A stretch of 64,000 nucleotides of DNA from Alphaproteobacteria bacterium. GTDB lineage: Bacteria > Pseudomonadota > Alphaproteobacteria > MPNO01 > UBA830. The notes beneath the pieces are model-generated. The model worked only from the letters and a program-made list of their open reading frames with translations, was not told the DNA's origin and did no database searches. Positions 21,651 to 32,662 of this stretch are shown here, piece after piece. The stretch is taken from the NCBI GenBank assembly GCA_964291215.2, contig OZ219790.1:1248001-1312000 (forward strand). Reading direction: 5' to 3'. The translations under genes and the position numbers were made by a program. How positions within the stretch are numbered: position 1 is the first letter of the stretch; each line of letters begins with the position of its first letter.

Positions 21651-22871
21651 ATGGCACGGATCGTACAAAAATTCGGCGGAACCTCGGTTGCCAATCTCGA
21701 CCGCATCCGTGCGGTCGCTGGACGAATTAAGGAGACCGTCGAGGCGGGCGATCAGGTCGCCGTCGTGGTCTCGGCAATGGCCGGCGCAACCGACCAGCTC
21801 GTCGCATGGACGAGGGAACTCTCCCCGATCCACGATGCCCGCGAATACGATGTCGTGGTGTCCTCGGGCGAACAGGTCACCGCCGGACTCGTCGCCCTCG
21901 CCCTCCAGGCGGAGGGTGTCGGCGCCCGATCATGGCTTGGCTGGCAGATCCCGATCGAAACCGACGATGTTCACGGCCGGGCCCGGATCTCTGCCGTCGA
22001 CGGCGATGAAATAGTCCAGCGGCTCGGCAGCGGACAGGTCGCGGTCATGGCAGGCTTCCAGGGACTCGGCTCCGACGGCCGGGTCACTACGCTGGGGCGC
22101 GGCGGCTCCGACACCTCGGCGGTAGCTCTCGCCGCCGCGATTCACGCCGACCGCTGCGACATCTTCACCGATGTCAACGGCATCTATACAAGCGACCCGC
22201 GTATCGTTGCGAAGGCCCGAAAGCTCGATAAGATCACTTATGAGGAGATGCTGGAGTTCGCGTCCCTGGGCGCCAAGGTGCTCCAGCCTCGATCCGTCGA
22301 ACTCGCAATGAACCACGGGGTGCGCCTGCAGGTTCGTTCAAGCTTCGATGATACACCCGGAACCCTGGTAGTCGATGAGGAAGAAGTCGTGGAACACGCA
22401 GTCGTCAGCGGAATCGCGCACAACGGCAACGAAGCGAAGATCACGCTGATCCGGGTTCCCGACAGGGTGGGCGTCGCCGCCAGCCTTTTCGGCTCGCTGG
22501 CCGCCGCCAACATCAATGTCGACATGATCGTCCAGAACGTCTCGGAAGACGGCAACACGACCGATCTCACCTTCACCGTGTCGCAACACGACATGGAGCG
22601 GACACTCCGGCTGGTCGAAGAACAACGGGGGGAGCTCGGATTCGAGCGTGTCGTCGGCGATGCGGATGTCGTGAAGATATCGGTGATCGGGGTAGGCATG
22701 CGCAGTCACGCCGGCGTGGCGACGACGATGTTCTCCGCACTGGCCGAGCGCGGAATTAATATCCAGGTTATTTCGACATCAGAAATCAAGATTAGCGTCC
22801 TCGTTGCCAGCACCTACACGGAACTGGCCCTTCGGTCGCTCCACAGCGCCTACGGGCTTGATGCGAAATGA
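21651..22871 (+). CDS. lysC: Aspartate kinase
   Basis: KFGGTSV, LGRGGSDTSA, ACT domains, STSEIKIS. Confidence 0.98.
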   Translation: MARIVQKFGGTSVANLDRIRAVAGRIKETVEAGDQVAVVVSAMAGATDQLVAWTRELSPIHDAREYDVVVSSGEQVTAGLVALALQAEGVGARSWLGWQIPIETDDVHGRARISAVDGDEIVQRLGSGQVAVMAGFQGLGSDGRVTTLGRGGSDTSAVALAAAIHADRCDIFTDVNGIYTSDPRIVAKARKLDKITYEEMLEFASLGAKVLQPRSVELAMNHGVRLQVRSSFDDTPGTLVVDEEEVVEHAVVSGIAHNGNEAKITLIRVPDRVGVAASLFGSLAAANINVDMIVQNVSEDGNTTDLTFTVSQHDMERTLRLVEEQRGELGFERVVGDADVVKISVIGVGMRSHAGVATTMFSALAERGINIQVISTSEIKISVLVASTYTELALRSLHSAYGLDAK

Positions 22872-23920
22872 GCTCGCAAGGCATCGACGCCAAGGCCTCG
22901 CGAGCGCAGCTGGATGCGCTGTGGAAATCCGGACAGGATTTCCTCGGCGTACCGCTCGCCATTCTCGGAGGCGCCATGACCTGGGTTTCGGAACGGAACC
23001 TCGTCTCGGCCCTATCCAACGCTGGCGGATTCGGCGTCATCGCCTGTGGCGCCATGACTCCCGAAATGCTGGCGGAGGAAATCTCCGAAACCTTCGAACG
23101 CACGGACAGGCCGTTCGGCGTCAACCTGATCACCATGCACCCCGAACTCGACCGGCTGATCGAGGTCTGCCTCGAACACAAGGTCACCCACATTATTCTC
23201 GCTGGCGGCCTCCCCGGCGCTCCGAGAATCGCGCAGGTCAAGGACGGCGGCGCACGGGTCATCTGCTTTGCCGCCACACTCGCAATTGCACGGCGCCTGG
23301 TACGCCAAGGTGCCGACGCCATCATTGTCGAGGGTGCCGAGGCCGGCGGTCATATCGGCCCAGTATCCACGACGGTTCTCGCTCAGGAGATATTGCCGCA
23401 TCTTCGCGACGTACCCGTGTTCGTGGCCGGCGGGATCGGGCGCGGTGACGCGATCGTAGCCTATCTCGAGATGGGCGCTGCCGGTTGTCAGCTTGGCACG
23501 CGCTTCGTCTGCGCCTGCGAATCCATCGCCCATGACCGTTTCAAGCAGGCTTTCATTCGTGCCGCCGCCCGCGACGCCGTACCATCCGTCCAGCTTGATC
23601 CGGGATTTCCGGTGATTCCTGTCCGAGCACTGCAAAACGCGGCGACCCGCGAATTCCAGGAGTTGCAGCGCGATGTCATTGCGGCCTTTCGGCGCGGAGA
23701 GATCGTTCAGGAGGAGGCCCAACTCCAAATCGAGCATTTCTGGGCGGGTGCACTTCGCCGTGCTGCGATCGACGGCGATGTCGAGACCGGTTCGATGATG
23801 GCCGGCCAGAGCGTGGGCATGGTGAACGGGATTCAGCCGGTGGCCAGTATCCTTGAGGAACTGGTGGACCAGGCGGTAGCGGCCTTGGCTGGCCGAGTGG
23901 TAGCCGAATCGTCCCACTGA
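22868..23920 (+). CDS. Nitronate monooxygenase / FabK-like flavin oxidoreductase
   Basis: EAGGHIG, AGGIG, QLGTRF, MAGQSVG. Confidence 0.9.
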   Translation: MSSQGIDAKASRAQLDALWKSGQDFLGVPLAILGGAMTWVSERNLVSALSNAGGFGVIACGAMTPEMLAEEISETFERTDRPFGVNLITMHPELDRLIEVCLEHKVTHIILAGGLPGAPRIAQVKDGGARVICFAATLAIARRLVRQGADAIIVEGAEAGGHIGPVSTTVLAQEILPHLRDVPVFVAGGIGRGDAIVAYLEMGAAGCQLGTRFVCACESIAHDRFKQAFIRAAARDAVPSVQLDPGFPVIPVRALQNAATREFQELQRDVIAAFRRGEIVQEEAQLQIEHFWAGALRRAAIDGDVETGSMMAGQSVGMVNGIQPVASILEELVDQAVAALAGRVVAESSH

Positions 23921-24173
23921 CCCCCGGGAGGGGATCCGCGCGTCTGCAGAAAACCTGCCGCGGCGCCGACCGGATCACGGCCTGCCGCTTTCCTTGCGAA
24001 GCACTTGCACCAACGGGCCGCACACGACCTCTTCACGATACCATCGCTGGTGCGGAAGAAGGGCCCGCGTTCCTCCAGGATTTCGCGTCGATTGGGAGCA
24101 CGGCCGCTTACATGATATACTGCGGCGCGGTACGGTGCCCCAGCGAAACTCTCCGGGCGTCAGGAAATTCAGA

Positions 24174-25304
24174 ATGAACACTTCAGCGGCAACGGCAACC
24201 TTCGGTGACAAAGGAGAACTTGACGGCGCCGCAACGATTGGTTTCGAACTACGGCAACAACGTGAAACCCGTGGCTACACACTTGCCGATGTCGAGGCCT
24301 ACCTGCGGATCCGGTATAGCTATCTTGAGGCCATCGAGGCTGGGCAGTTCTCGGATCTGCCGGGACCGACCTATGTCATGGGTTTCATACGCAGCTACGC
24401 ACGGCTTCTCGAACTCGACGCAGACGATATTGTCGACCGTGTCCGAGCATGTCAGTCTCAGCAGAAACCAGCCCCATACAAGCTTGTGCCGTCAGGAACC
24501 GCCAAGTACGGGAAGCTGGCGGTCGTAGCGATCCCGCTCGTGGCCACAGGCGCGGTCGTGCTGGCCATTGCCGGCTGGTACTATTTCTCATCAAACAACC
24601 TGTCCATCACCGATCTCGGCGGGATATTCAAGGACAGCTCTTCTGCAATCCCCGAGGCCGCGGGCCCGAGGTCGCAAGAGGGCGAATCGGAGACCGCCAA
24701 TGTCGCGTCGTCGGCTGCCGAACCCGGCAGCAACCCGGTGACGTCCGCGACCAGTTCGCCAGAAACGGCCGGGCAGGCTGACGAACGGATTCAGGCGGAT
24801 GGAACCGGAGCGGCACCCGCCATCGATGCCGGCAAGGCACAGGTTGCGACGGTACCGCCGGACCCTGTCGGCAGCGGGACAACAGCGCCGCCCGTACCGC
24901 AACCGACAGACGGCATAGCCGCCGAATCGCCGACCGAGGTCCTGCCGAACACTGCGTCGCCTGCCGAGGCCCCATCGGCCGCTGCGTCGACATCGGAACC
25001 CGTTCCCGAACCTGCAGCACCAACGAATGACGGCACAACGCCGCGAGTCCTCTTGCAAGCCACTGGCGAGACCTTCATTGCGCTCAGAACTCCGGACGGA
25101 GAGATCTTCCTGTCACGACTCCTGCGGGCCGGCGAGATCTACAGAATTCCACCGGAGAACCCGGCACTAACTCTCGACACCGGGAACGCCGGTGCGCTCC
25201 AGATCGTTGTTGACGGTAGGACGCTTCCGCCGCTCGGCGCAGTCGGCACCGTAGTTCGGGACATCCCGCTTGATCCCCAGGGACTGCTGGAACGCAACCG
25301 GTGA
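24174..25304 (+). CDS. RodZ-like HTH membrane protein with DUF4115
   Basis: IRYSYLEAIE...GFIRSYARLL, one TM, low-complexity linker, GNAGAL. Confidence 0.88.
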   Translation: MNTSAATATFGDKGELDGAATIGFELRQQRETRGYTLADVEAYLRIRYSYLEAIEAGQFSDLPGPTYVMGFIRSYARLLELDADDIVDRVRACQSQQKPAPYKLVPSGTAKYGKLAVVAIPLVATGAVVLAIAGWYYFSSNNLSITDLGGIFKDSSSAIPEAAGPRSQEGESETANVASSAAEPGSNPVTSATSSPETAGQADERIQADGTGAAPAIDAGKAQVATVPPDPVGSGTTAPPVPQPTDGIAAESPTEVLPNTASPAEAPSAAASTSEPVPEPAAPTNDGTTPRVLLQATGETFIALRTPDGEIFLSRLLRAGEIYRIPPENPALTLDTGNAGALQIVVDGRTLPPLGAVGTVVRDIPLDPQGLLERNR

Positions 25305-25344
25305 TAACATGTCTGCCGGCCGCAGTCGGCGAATACAACTTGCC

Positions 25345-26589
25345 ATGACCACTCTCAGACCTGTTCGCGGCACCCGCGATCTCCTCCCCGACGATGCGTT
25401 GGGCGCGCGGCACGTGATCGAAACCGGACGGATCATTGCCGACTGCTACGGCTACGACGAGGTTGCGACGCCCATCTTCGAAGCAACCGAGGTATTCTCG
25501 CGCACGCTGGGAGAGACTTCTGACATCGTCTCGAAGGAGATGTACACCTTCCAAGACAAGGGCGGCGGTTCTCTGACGCTTCGTCCCGAGGGCACTGCCG
25601 GCATCGCGCGAGCGCTGATCTCGGGCGGGCTCGGCCAGCACCTTCCCCTCAAGTTCTTTTATTCCGGACCGATGTTCCGATACGAACGCCCGCAGAAGGG
25701 CCGGCTGCGCCAGTTTCACCAGATCGGCGCAGAATTGCTCGGCGTCGCCGAGCCGATAGGCGATGTGGAGGTTATCGCTCTCGGATCAGCCATCCTCGAG
25801 GCGCTGGACATACGCCGGTCAACCACCCTCGAACTCAACACCTTGGGCAACGCCTTGAGCCGTGCCGCCTATCGCGCCGAGCTGGTGGAATATTTGAGTG
25901 ATCATGAAAACCGACTGTCCCACGACAGCCGCAGGCGGCTCACGCAGAACCCGCTGCGCATTCTGGATTCAAAGGACGAGAAGGATCGCGCGATCATTGC
26001 CGGCGCGCCAGACCTCGACGATAGCCTCGACAACGAATCGAGAGAGTTTTTCGACGCTGTGCAGTGCGGCCTCCAGGATCTCGGAATCGTCTTCAACCGC
26101 AATCCACGACTGGTTCGCGGTCTCGACTACTACTGTCACACCGCATTCGAGTTCACCACCGATGCCCTGGGCGCCCAGGGCGCGGTGCTTGCTGGCGGAC
26201 GATATGACGGCCTCGTCGCAGCCATGGGCGGCCCGCCGACACCCGGAGTCGGATGGGCATCGGGCATAGAAAGACTGTCGATGCTCATCAAGGCCGTGCC
26301 ACCGAGACGCGCGCCGGTCACCATCGTCCCGATCGGCGAACAGGCGGAAACCGTCGGAATGCAAATGGCGGACCGTTTGCGGAAAGCGGGCTTCAGAATC
26401 GACATCGGGTATCGCGGCCGGATCCGGCAACGTATGAAGAGGGCGAATGACATCGGCGCATCGGCGGCCATCCTCATCGGCGACGACGAGCTGGAGGAGA
26501 ATTCGGCGACCGTCCGGGATCTGCAGTCCGGAGAACAAACCTCGGTGCCGCTGAACGAACTGGAGACCTTCCTGCGAAAGTACGGATAG
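25345..26589 (+). CDS. hisS: Histidine--tRNA ligase
   Basis: [34 protein letters not shown]. Confidence 0.98.
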   Translation: MTTLRPVRGTRDLLPDDALGARHVIETGRIIADCYGYDEVATPIFEATEVFSRTLGETSDIVSKEMYTFQDKGGGSLTLRPEGTAGIARALISGGLGQHLPLKFFYSGPMFRYERPQKGRLRQFHQIGAELLGVAEPIGDVEVIALGSAILEALDIRRSTTLELNTLGNALSRAAYRAELVEYLSDHENRLSHDSRRRLTQNPLRILDSKDEKDRAIIAGAPDLDDSLDNESREFFDAVQCGLQDLGIVFNRNPRLVRGLDYYCHTAFEFTTDALGAQGAVLAGGRYDGLVAAMGGPPTPGVGWASGIERLSMLIKAVPPRRAPVTIVPIGEQAETVGMQMADRLRKAGFRIDIGYRGRIRQRMKRANDIGASAAILIGDDELEENSATVRDLQSGEQTSVPLNELETFLRKYG

Positions 26590-26690
26590 GATGCCATGCA
26601 GTCATTGTCGGGCAGCAACTCCAGCGACACATGTCCTGCTGTGGCGGGGAGATCTCGGCATATGGCGCGAGAACCGGCGGGAACCGAAAC

Positions 26691-27767
26691 GTGAACCTCG
26701 AAAAACGACTCGATCAGATCGTCGCCCATCACAACAGGCTGTCCGAGCAGCTGTCCGAGGGCGCCGGCGCTGATCCGGAACAGTTTGTCCGCCTGTCCAA
26801 GGACTACGCAGAGCTCTCACCGGTGGTCGCGTGCATAGAGAAGTTGCATGCGGTCAGGCAGGAGGCCAGCAACCTCGACGCCCTGATTTCCGAACAGGAT
26901 TCCGATCCCGAAATCGTCGCGATGGCCACGGACGAGCTACAGCAACTCCATGCCCGCCTGCCCGAGCTGGAACAGAAGCTGCGGATCATGCTGCTGCCGA
27001 ACGACGCCGCCGACCGCAAGAGTGCCATTCTGGAAATTCGGGCAGGGACCGGAGGCGACGAAGCCGCGCTGTTCGCGGCCGACCTGCTCCGCATGTACCA
27101 GCGCTATGCGGAACGGCGCAGCTGGACCTTCAATATCCTGCACGGATCGGATACCGGACTCGGCGGCTTCAAGGAAGCTGCCGCGGAAATCGTTGGCGAA
27201 GGCGTGTTTGCGCGCATAAAGTTCGAATCGGGCGTTCACCGGGTGCAACGCGTACCTGACACCGAGTCGGGCGGACGCATCCATACCTCGGCCGCAACCG
27301 TCGCCGTGCTGCCGGAAGCCGAGGAGGTCGACATAGAGATCAATGAATCCGATCTGCGCATCGACACGTTCCGAGCCCAGGGCGCCGGTGGCCAACACGT
27401 CAACACCACCGACAGCGCCGTACGGATTACCCACATTCCCACGGGCATCGTGGTCTCGCAGCAGGATGAAAAGTCCCAGCACAAGAACCGCAGCAAGGCA
27501 CTCAAGATCCTCAGGGCCCGACTGTATGACGCCCAGCGCACGGCAATGGAGGCTGAACGCGCAGCCGAACGTCGAAGCCAAGTCGGCTCCGGCGACCGTT
27601 CCGAGCGAATCCGCACCTACAACTTTCCCCAGGGCAGGGTGTCCGATCACCGCATCAACCTGACGCTCCACAAGCTGAATTCGGTGCTTGAGGGCGAAGC
27701 ACTCGACGAGATAATAGATGCGCTGATCGCCGAGGACCAAGCCCGCCGGCTTGCCGCCGAACCATGA
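26691..27767 (+). CDS. prfA: Peptide chain release factor 1
   Basis: GGQ motif, [19 protein letters not shown]; upstream of prmC. Confidence 0.98.
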   Translation: MNLEKRLDQIVAHHNRLSEQLSEGAGADPEQFVRLSKDYAELSPVVACIEKLHAVRQEASNLDALISEQDSDPEIVAMATDELQQLHARLPELEQKLRIMLLPNDAADRKSAILEIRAGTGGDEAALFAADLLRMYQRYAERRSWTFNILHGSDTGLGGFKEAAAEIVGEGVFARIKFESGVHRVQRVPDTESGGRIHTSAATVAVLPEAEEVDIEINESDLRIDTFRAQGAGGQHVNTTDSAVRITHIPTGIVVSQQDEKSQHKNRSKALKILRARLYDAQRTAMEAERAAERRSQVGSGDRSERIRTYNFPQGRVSDHRINLTLHKLNSVLEGEALDEIIDALIAEDQARRLAAEP

Positions 27768-28723
27768 TCGGCCAACCGGCGGCAACGCTGGCCACTGCCC
27801 TTCGCGATGCCGTCGACAGCTTGACCGCCGTCGGCATTGCCGGTGCGGCCCGCGATGCGCGGATACTGGCCTCCGAAGCGACCGGTCTCAGCCGGGAGGA
27901 GATGCTGCGCGTCCCCGACACCCGGCTTTCGCAAGAGGTTCTCGGGCACTTTGAGTCGCTGGTCGCCAAGCGCCGGCTGGGCGAACCGGTCTCCAGAATC
28001 GTCGGGCGGCGGGAATTCTGGGGGCTCGAATTCATGATTACTCCGGCAACTCTCGACCCTCGCCCGGACAGCGAAACTCTGGTCGAAGCGATCCTGAACC
28101 GAAAGGAAACGCTTGCGCGGATGCCCCGGATTCTCGATGTCGGCACTGGCAGCGGCTGCCTGCTCCTTGCCCTGCTCCATGGACTGCCGGCGGCCATGGG
28201 GGTCGGAATCGACATCTCTCCGGCAGCCTGCATGGTTGCGGCAGCCAATGCCAGACGCCTGGGTCTTGACGGCAGAGCGGCATTCGTTTCCGGGAATTGG
28301 ATTGAGCCGTTGGCAGGACGGTTCGACATCGTCGTTTCCAATCCTCCGTACATTCCATCGTCGGAAATCTCCGCGCTTGCACCGGAAGTGCGCGCGCACG
28401 ATCCCGCCGTCAGCCTAGATGGCGGCCGCGACGGTCTTGAGGGATTCCGAAAGCTCGCCGGTTCCCTCAGACCCCTGCTTCAACCGGACGGCCTTGTCGC
28501 CGTCGAAATCGGTCATTCACAGCAGCAGGAGGTCGACGATATCTTCGCCGACAACGGCTTCTCCGCCCGACACCTGTACCATGATCTCTCCGGACGCCCG
28601 CGTGTCCGGCTATACACCGCAGCGGTCTCCATGCAGAACGACAGACTCTGTCCTCCAGAACGTTCGATGCGCGGCTTCCGGGCACCGGACGCACCCGGTA
28701 TCGTACAACCAGGCAGCGCGTAG
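27764..28723 (+). CDS. prmC: Release factor glutamine methyltransferase
   Basis: [19 protein letters not shown]. Confidence 0.96.
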   Translation: MIGQPAATLATALRDAVDSLTAVGIAGAARDARILASEATGLSREEMLRVPDTRLSQEVLGHFESLVAKRRLGEPVSRIVGRREFWGLEFMITPATLDPRPDSETLVEAILNRKETLARMPRILDVGTGSGCLLLALLHGLPAAMGVGIDISPAACMVAAANARRLGLDGRAAFVSGNWIEPLAGRFDIVVSNPPYIPSSEISALAPEVRAHDPAVSLDGGRDGLEGFRKLAGSLRPLLQPDGLVAVEIGHSQQQEVDDIFADNGFSARHLYHDLSGRPRVRLYTAAVSMQNDRLCPPERSMRGFRAPDAPGIVQPGSA

Positions 28724-28842
28724 TCACCCTGGATCCGTATCTGCTCCGCCACTCGGGGGCAGGACGGGAGTGCTGCCAGCGATTTCCTTGCCGGGAATAC
28801 GGTGGTGGCCTAGGATCGGAGCGCAATACGGGGAAACACGCA

Positions 28843-29724
28843 ATGTCGGAACCAGGTGTGCCGTCGGTCGTGGGAGTGTTCGGTGGCAGCGGCGTCTACA
28901 ATATCGAGGATATCGGCGATGCCACGGTGAAGCGCGTCGATACGCCTTTCGGCGACCCCTCAGGGGAACTGGTCTGCGGTACGATCGGCGGACAACAGGC
29001 CGTGTTCCTGCCGCGGCACGGTCCTGACCACCAACTCCCTCCCACCGCGATCAATTACCGCGCCAACATCGACGCCCTGAAGCGCCAGGGTGTCACCGAA
29101 ATCCTCTCAATCGGCGCCGTAGGCTCGCTCAAGCTGGAATACCCGCCCGGTCATTTCGTGATCGTCGACCAGTTCATCGACCGCACCCATGCCCGCGAAA
29201 AGAGCTTCTTCGGTGCCGGCTGCGTGGCTCATGTTTCCATGGCCGATCCCGTATGCTCCCGGCTCGCTGGCGCCGTAGCCGAATCACTCGCCGATCTCGG
29301 CGTTCCGCACAGCCTCGGCGGTACCTATGTGGCGATGGAGGGACCGCAGTTCTCCAGCCGGGCGGAGAGCGAACTATACCGCTCCTGGGGCTGCGACGTG
29401 GTCGGCATGACCAACATGCCGGAGGCCAAGCTCGCCCGCGAAGCCGAGATATGCTACGTCAGCGTCGCTATGGTTACCGACTATGACTGCTGGCATCAGG
29501 GTCACGAGGATGTGTCCGTGGAAACCATTCTCGAAGTGTTGCATGCTAACGCCGACAAGGCCAAGATGCTGGTGAAGAACCTCCTGCCGCACCTTTCGAA
29601 CCGGAAGGCGCGTTGCGGTGCAGGCTGTCACACGGCGCTCGACAGTGCCGTCGTCACGCCCCCCGAAGCACGTGACCCGGCGCTGCTGGCAAAGCTGGAC
29701 GCTGTGGCCGGACGCATCCTCTAG
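28843..29724 (+). CDS. mtnP: S-methyl-5'-thioadenosine phosphorylase
   Basis: GGSG, RHG, EGPQFS, GMTNMPEAKLAREAE, TDYDCW. Confidence 0.95.
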   Translation: MSEPGVPSVVGVFGGSGVYNIEDIGDATVKRVDTPFGDPSGELVCGTIGGQQAVFLPRHGPDHQLPPTAINYRANIDALKRQGVTEILSIGAVGSLKLEYPPGHFVIVDQFIDRTHAREKSFFGAGCVAHVSMADPVCSRLAGAVAESLADLGVPHSLGGTYVAMEGPQFSSRAESELYRSWGCDVVGMTNMPEAKLAREAEICYVSVAMVTDYDCWHQGHEDVSVETILEVLHANADKAKMLVKNLLPHLSNRKARCGAGCHTALDSAVVTPPEARDPALLAKLDAVAGRIL

Positions 29725-29735
29725 GAATCGACGCA

Positions 29736-30887
29736 ATGGTTTCGGACGATATTCCGATCACCCTTGGAATCGAGGAAGAGTTCTTCCTGATTGATCCCGA
29801 AACCCGGGATCTCCTTACCAACCCCGACCCAAGGATTTTCGAGGAATGCGAACGTACCAGGGGACCACACATGGTGGTGCCCGAAGCCTTGCGTGCGCAG
29901 ATCGAAACCAACACGAAAGTTTGCGGATCGATAGCCGAACTGCGAACGGCAGTCGAGGAGACCCGACGTCTGGTGATCGAGGCAGCGGCCAAATTTGACG
30001 CCGCGGTGCTCGCCTGCTCGATGCATCCCTTTGCGCGATGGCAAACGCAGATGACAACCCCGAAGAATCGCTACAGGGAGTTTGAGAACAGTTTTCAGGA
30101 GAATATGCGTCGGCTTCTCATCGGCGGCATGCACATTCACGCCGGCTTCGGGGATCCCGACACGCGCATCGAGGTGATGACGGCGATCCGCCGCTATCTG
30201 CCCTTGCTGCTGGCGGTGTCGACCTCGTCACCTTTCAATGCCGGCCGCACGACTGGATTCAAATCCTATCGCCTGAGCATTTTCGGCACGCTCCCGCGCA
30301 CCGGCTTGCCTGGACCACTGTCATCGTATGCCGAATACGACCGGCTGATCGAAAACTACCAGGACATGAATTTCATCGCTGACGGCAGCGAACTCTGGTG
30401 GGACATACGCCCCTCGCACAAGTACCCGACCATCGAAATGCGCATCTGTGACGTCTGTCCGCGGATTGAGGACGCGATCAGCATCGCCGCCCTTTACGCG
30501 AGCCTGCTCAGGAACCTCCTGCGACGGGCCCGGGACGGACGCCTTGAGGCGGAACCGCTGACGGAGCTCATATTCGAGAATCGATGGGTCGCGCAACGCT
30601 ATGGCGTCCTCGCCTTCCTCGGCGATCTGAACAACGGCGGCCGCATCGACATACAGGATTACGCAGAGCAATTGCTGGAGGGTCTTGACGAGGATGCCCA
30701 TGCGCTCGGATGCGACGCCGAGATTGGCCAGATACTTACCGTCATCCGTGAGGGAAGCGCTGCCGACCGCCAAGTCGACCACTATCGGCTGAGGCTTCTC
30801 GAAGGCGATTCGGACGAAGAGGCGCTACGTTCCGTGGTCGATCTCATGATTGCCGAGACCAAACACGGAAGCAGTGCAACCGCGTGA
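29736..30887 (+). CDS. Carboxylate-amine ligase (YbdK/GCS2 family)
   Basis: TLGIEEE, GMHIH, SSPF, WWDIRP, TIEMRICD. Confidence 0.93.
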   Translation: MVSDDIPITLGIEEEFFLIDPETRDLLTNPDPRIFEECERTRGPHMVVPEALRAQIETNTKVCGSIAELRTAVEETRRLVIEAAAKFDAAVLACSMHPFARWQTQMTTPKNRYREFENSFQENMRRLLIGGMHIHAGFGDPDTRIEVMTAIRRYLPLLLAVSTSSPFNAGRTTGFKSYRLSIFGTLPRTGLPGPLSSYAEYDRLIENYQDMNFIADGSELWWDIRPSHKYPTIEMRICDVCPRIEDAISIAALYASLLRNLLRRARDGRLEAEPLTELIFENRWVAQRYGVLAFLGDLNNGGRIDIQDYAEQLLEGLDEDAHALGCDAEIGQILTVIREGSAADRQVDHYRLRLLEGDSDEEALRSVVDLMIAETKHGSSATA

Positions 30888-30933
30888 AGCATCACCATTC
30901 GCCTGCAGTGTAACATCGGCATGGGTCCGTTTT

Positions 30934-31396
30934 GGGCCCGTCACGAAACAATCGCGTCTGTGTCGGGCGTTGGCAAGAGTGAATAGTTCCAACCCGCCCT
31001 GGAATTTTGCGCGGTCGAGGGCCTTTATCTCGGCATCCTTGATTCCCTTCGGACAGGTGTTTTCGTCGACATCGCAATAGACCTTGAGGCCGGTTTCGGT
31101 GGTGGTTGCTCTGATTCAGGCTGACGATGGTCGCAAGGCTGCGCAGCGGCTTGCCGCGCCAGTTCTGGCTGATGAACGAGAACAGGCGATGCGGTTCCAT
31201 TTGCTGGTGCCGGGCGGCAGACCATGATCTCGAGTTCCCTGGCGAGCTTCTGCAGTTCGACCTTCCACAGCCGCGCCCCGTTCGACCCGCCGCAGTCGGC
31301 GGTGATCAGCAGCCGCCCCGGGGCAGCGCCCGAGGCGCCGCCACCGGGTGCTTTCCACCGCAAACGCCGCGGTGTCATGGCCGACATTGACCCGGC
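30934..31396 (-). mobile_element. ISAzo13-family transposase 3' relic
   Basis: LLITADCGGSNG, PPGTSKWN, HRLFSFISQNWRGKPL split over several frames. Confidence 0.85.
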
Positions 31397-31884
31397 CGAT
31401 GTTCAGATATCCTGACCTCGTGAGTTGACTTGATCAGTCCGGCCCCCCTTTTTCCACCACGAATGAACGATTTTACCGGTTCTTGCTTGGCAACATAGCC
31501 GCGTGATGGCCCGATATACCATGATGCCTGTAATTGGATACTCCCCGCCATGAACACGCTCGCGATGCACTCTCCTGAAGCCATCGGAACCTCGTACTTC
31601 TCCCTTGCGGATGTCGACGGACAGACCGTCTACTTCTCGAACATGGAGCCCTGCCACGACGAGGGCGACCGGCCGGCGATTCTGCTGCGGATCGCCAGGC
31701 ACGGCGTTCCTCAAAGAGACCTGCAGACGGCGTGAGCCGCGCGACCGTGCAGCGGGCGGTGAAGAAGCTCCGGAACCGGCCTCCGCATGATCTACGAACT
31801 GTCAGACAACACACGCAAACTCGGCCCAGAATCATCACCCTGATTGGAAGAAATCAAAGCCGAGGTCAGGATATCTGAACTTCG
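31397..31884 (+). mobile_element. Internally deleted element of an unclassified putative-transposase family
   Basis: 20-bp perfect IR gttcagatatcctgacctcg (31401-31420 / 31861-31880); peptide remnant homologous to that in 61077-61611. Confidence 0.75.
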
Positions 31885-32568
31885 ACGACGGCGAGCTGGC
31901 GGCCACCTCCTTGAGCGCACCGATGTCCGCGGCAAGGTGATCACCCGCGCTGCACACGACGCTGATCACCCGGCGCTGCGGCGCAGACCACGTCTTCCCG
32001 GTCAAGAGCGCCCGAAACCTTCGACGGCATCGACCGGGAGACGGATGGCCGCTTCAAGGAGGCAAGGCCCGCCTCGAGCAGCGCGTGCCGCTTGAGGGCC
32101 TGATCAACTACCCCGGCAGATCGCCCGCATGCTGCCGCAAGCCGCCGGGAAAGAGCGCCAGCGGTGCAGCGAGCGGCAACGACCACACCGGTACATCAGC
32201 TCGATGCGCAACACGCGTCGCCAGAGGAACTGCTGCGGCCGCGGGCCGTGGAAAACATGAACCACCGAGACTGCGTCTTCGGCGAGGACGCCTGCCTGAC
32301 CCGCAAACCGCGCCAGCCTCGACAACATCGCGCTCGCGGTGATCTTCGCCAACCGACGCGAGAGCCTCGCCGAAACACGGCGGCGGCTCGACCGCCGGGA
32401 AGCCGTCGCAGCCCTGAGCGCCAATGGTGCCCGGCCGATTCCCGGACGCCGCCCACAACCCGCCCACGCGCCGATAACGCCGCCGGCAACGACTGCGGAC
32501 GGCCCCGAAAACCCGGCACGCCGTGAAACCTCCGGACAGCAGAAGACAGCAAAATTGAATGCAGCGTG
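31885..32568 (+). mobile_element. ISAs1-family transposase relic
   Basis: DVRGKVIT..ALH, VFPVK, AVENMNHRDCVFGEDAC; putative end aattgaatgcagcgtg. Confidence 0.78.
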
Positions 32569-32662
32569 GGAAACTCTTGCATACCACGATGGACATCGGG
32601 CCGGAGATGTGGAATTGTTGCCCAAGCAAGATCTACGCCGGACTCTGCAGGAGACTTCAGAC

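Noticed and set aside
24640-25040. Pro/Ala/Ser/Thr-rich stretch in the RodZ-like protein
   Set aside because: Normal disordered linker, not a tandem repeat system.
28630-28723. C-terminal extension of PrmC
   Set aside because: Most simply stop-codon drift; no recognisable domain.
32339-32662. N-terminal extension on the Rieske oxygenase
   Set aside because: It is the ISAs1 tail in frame by chance; a GGAG RBS precedes ATG 32663.
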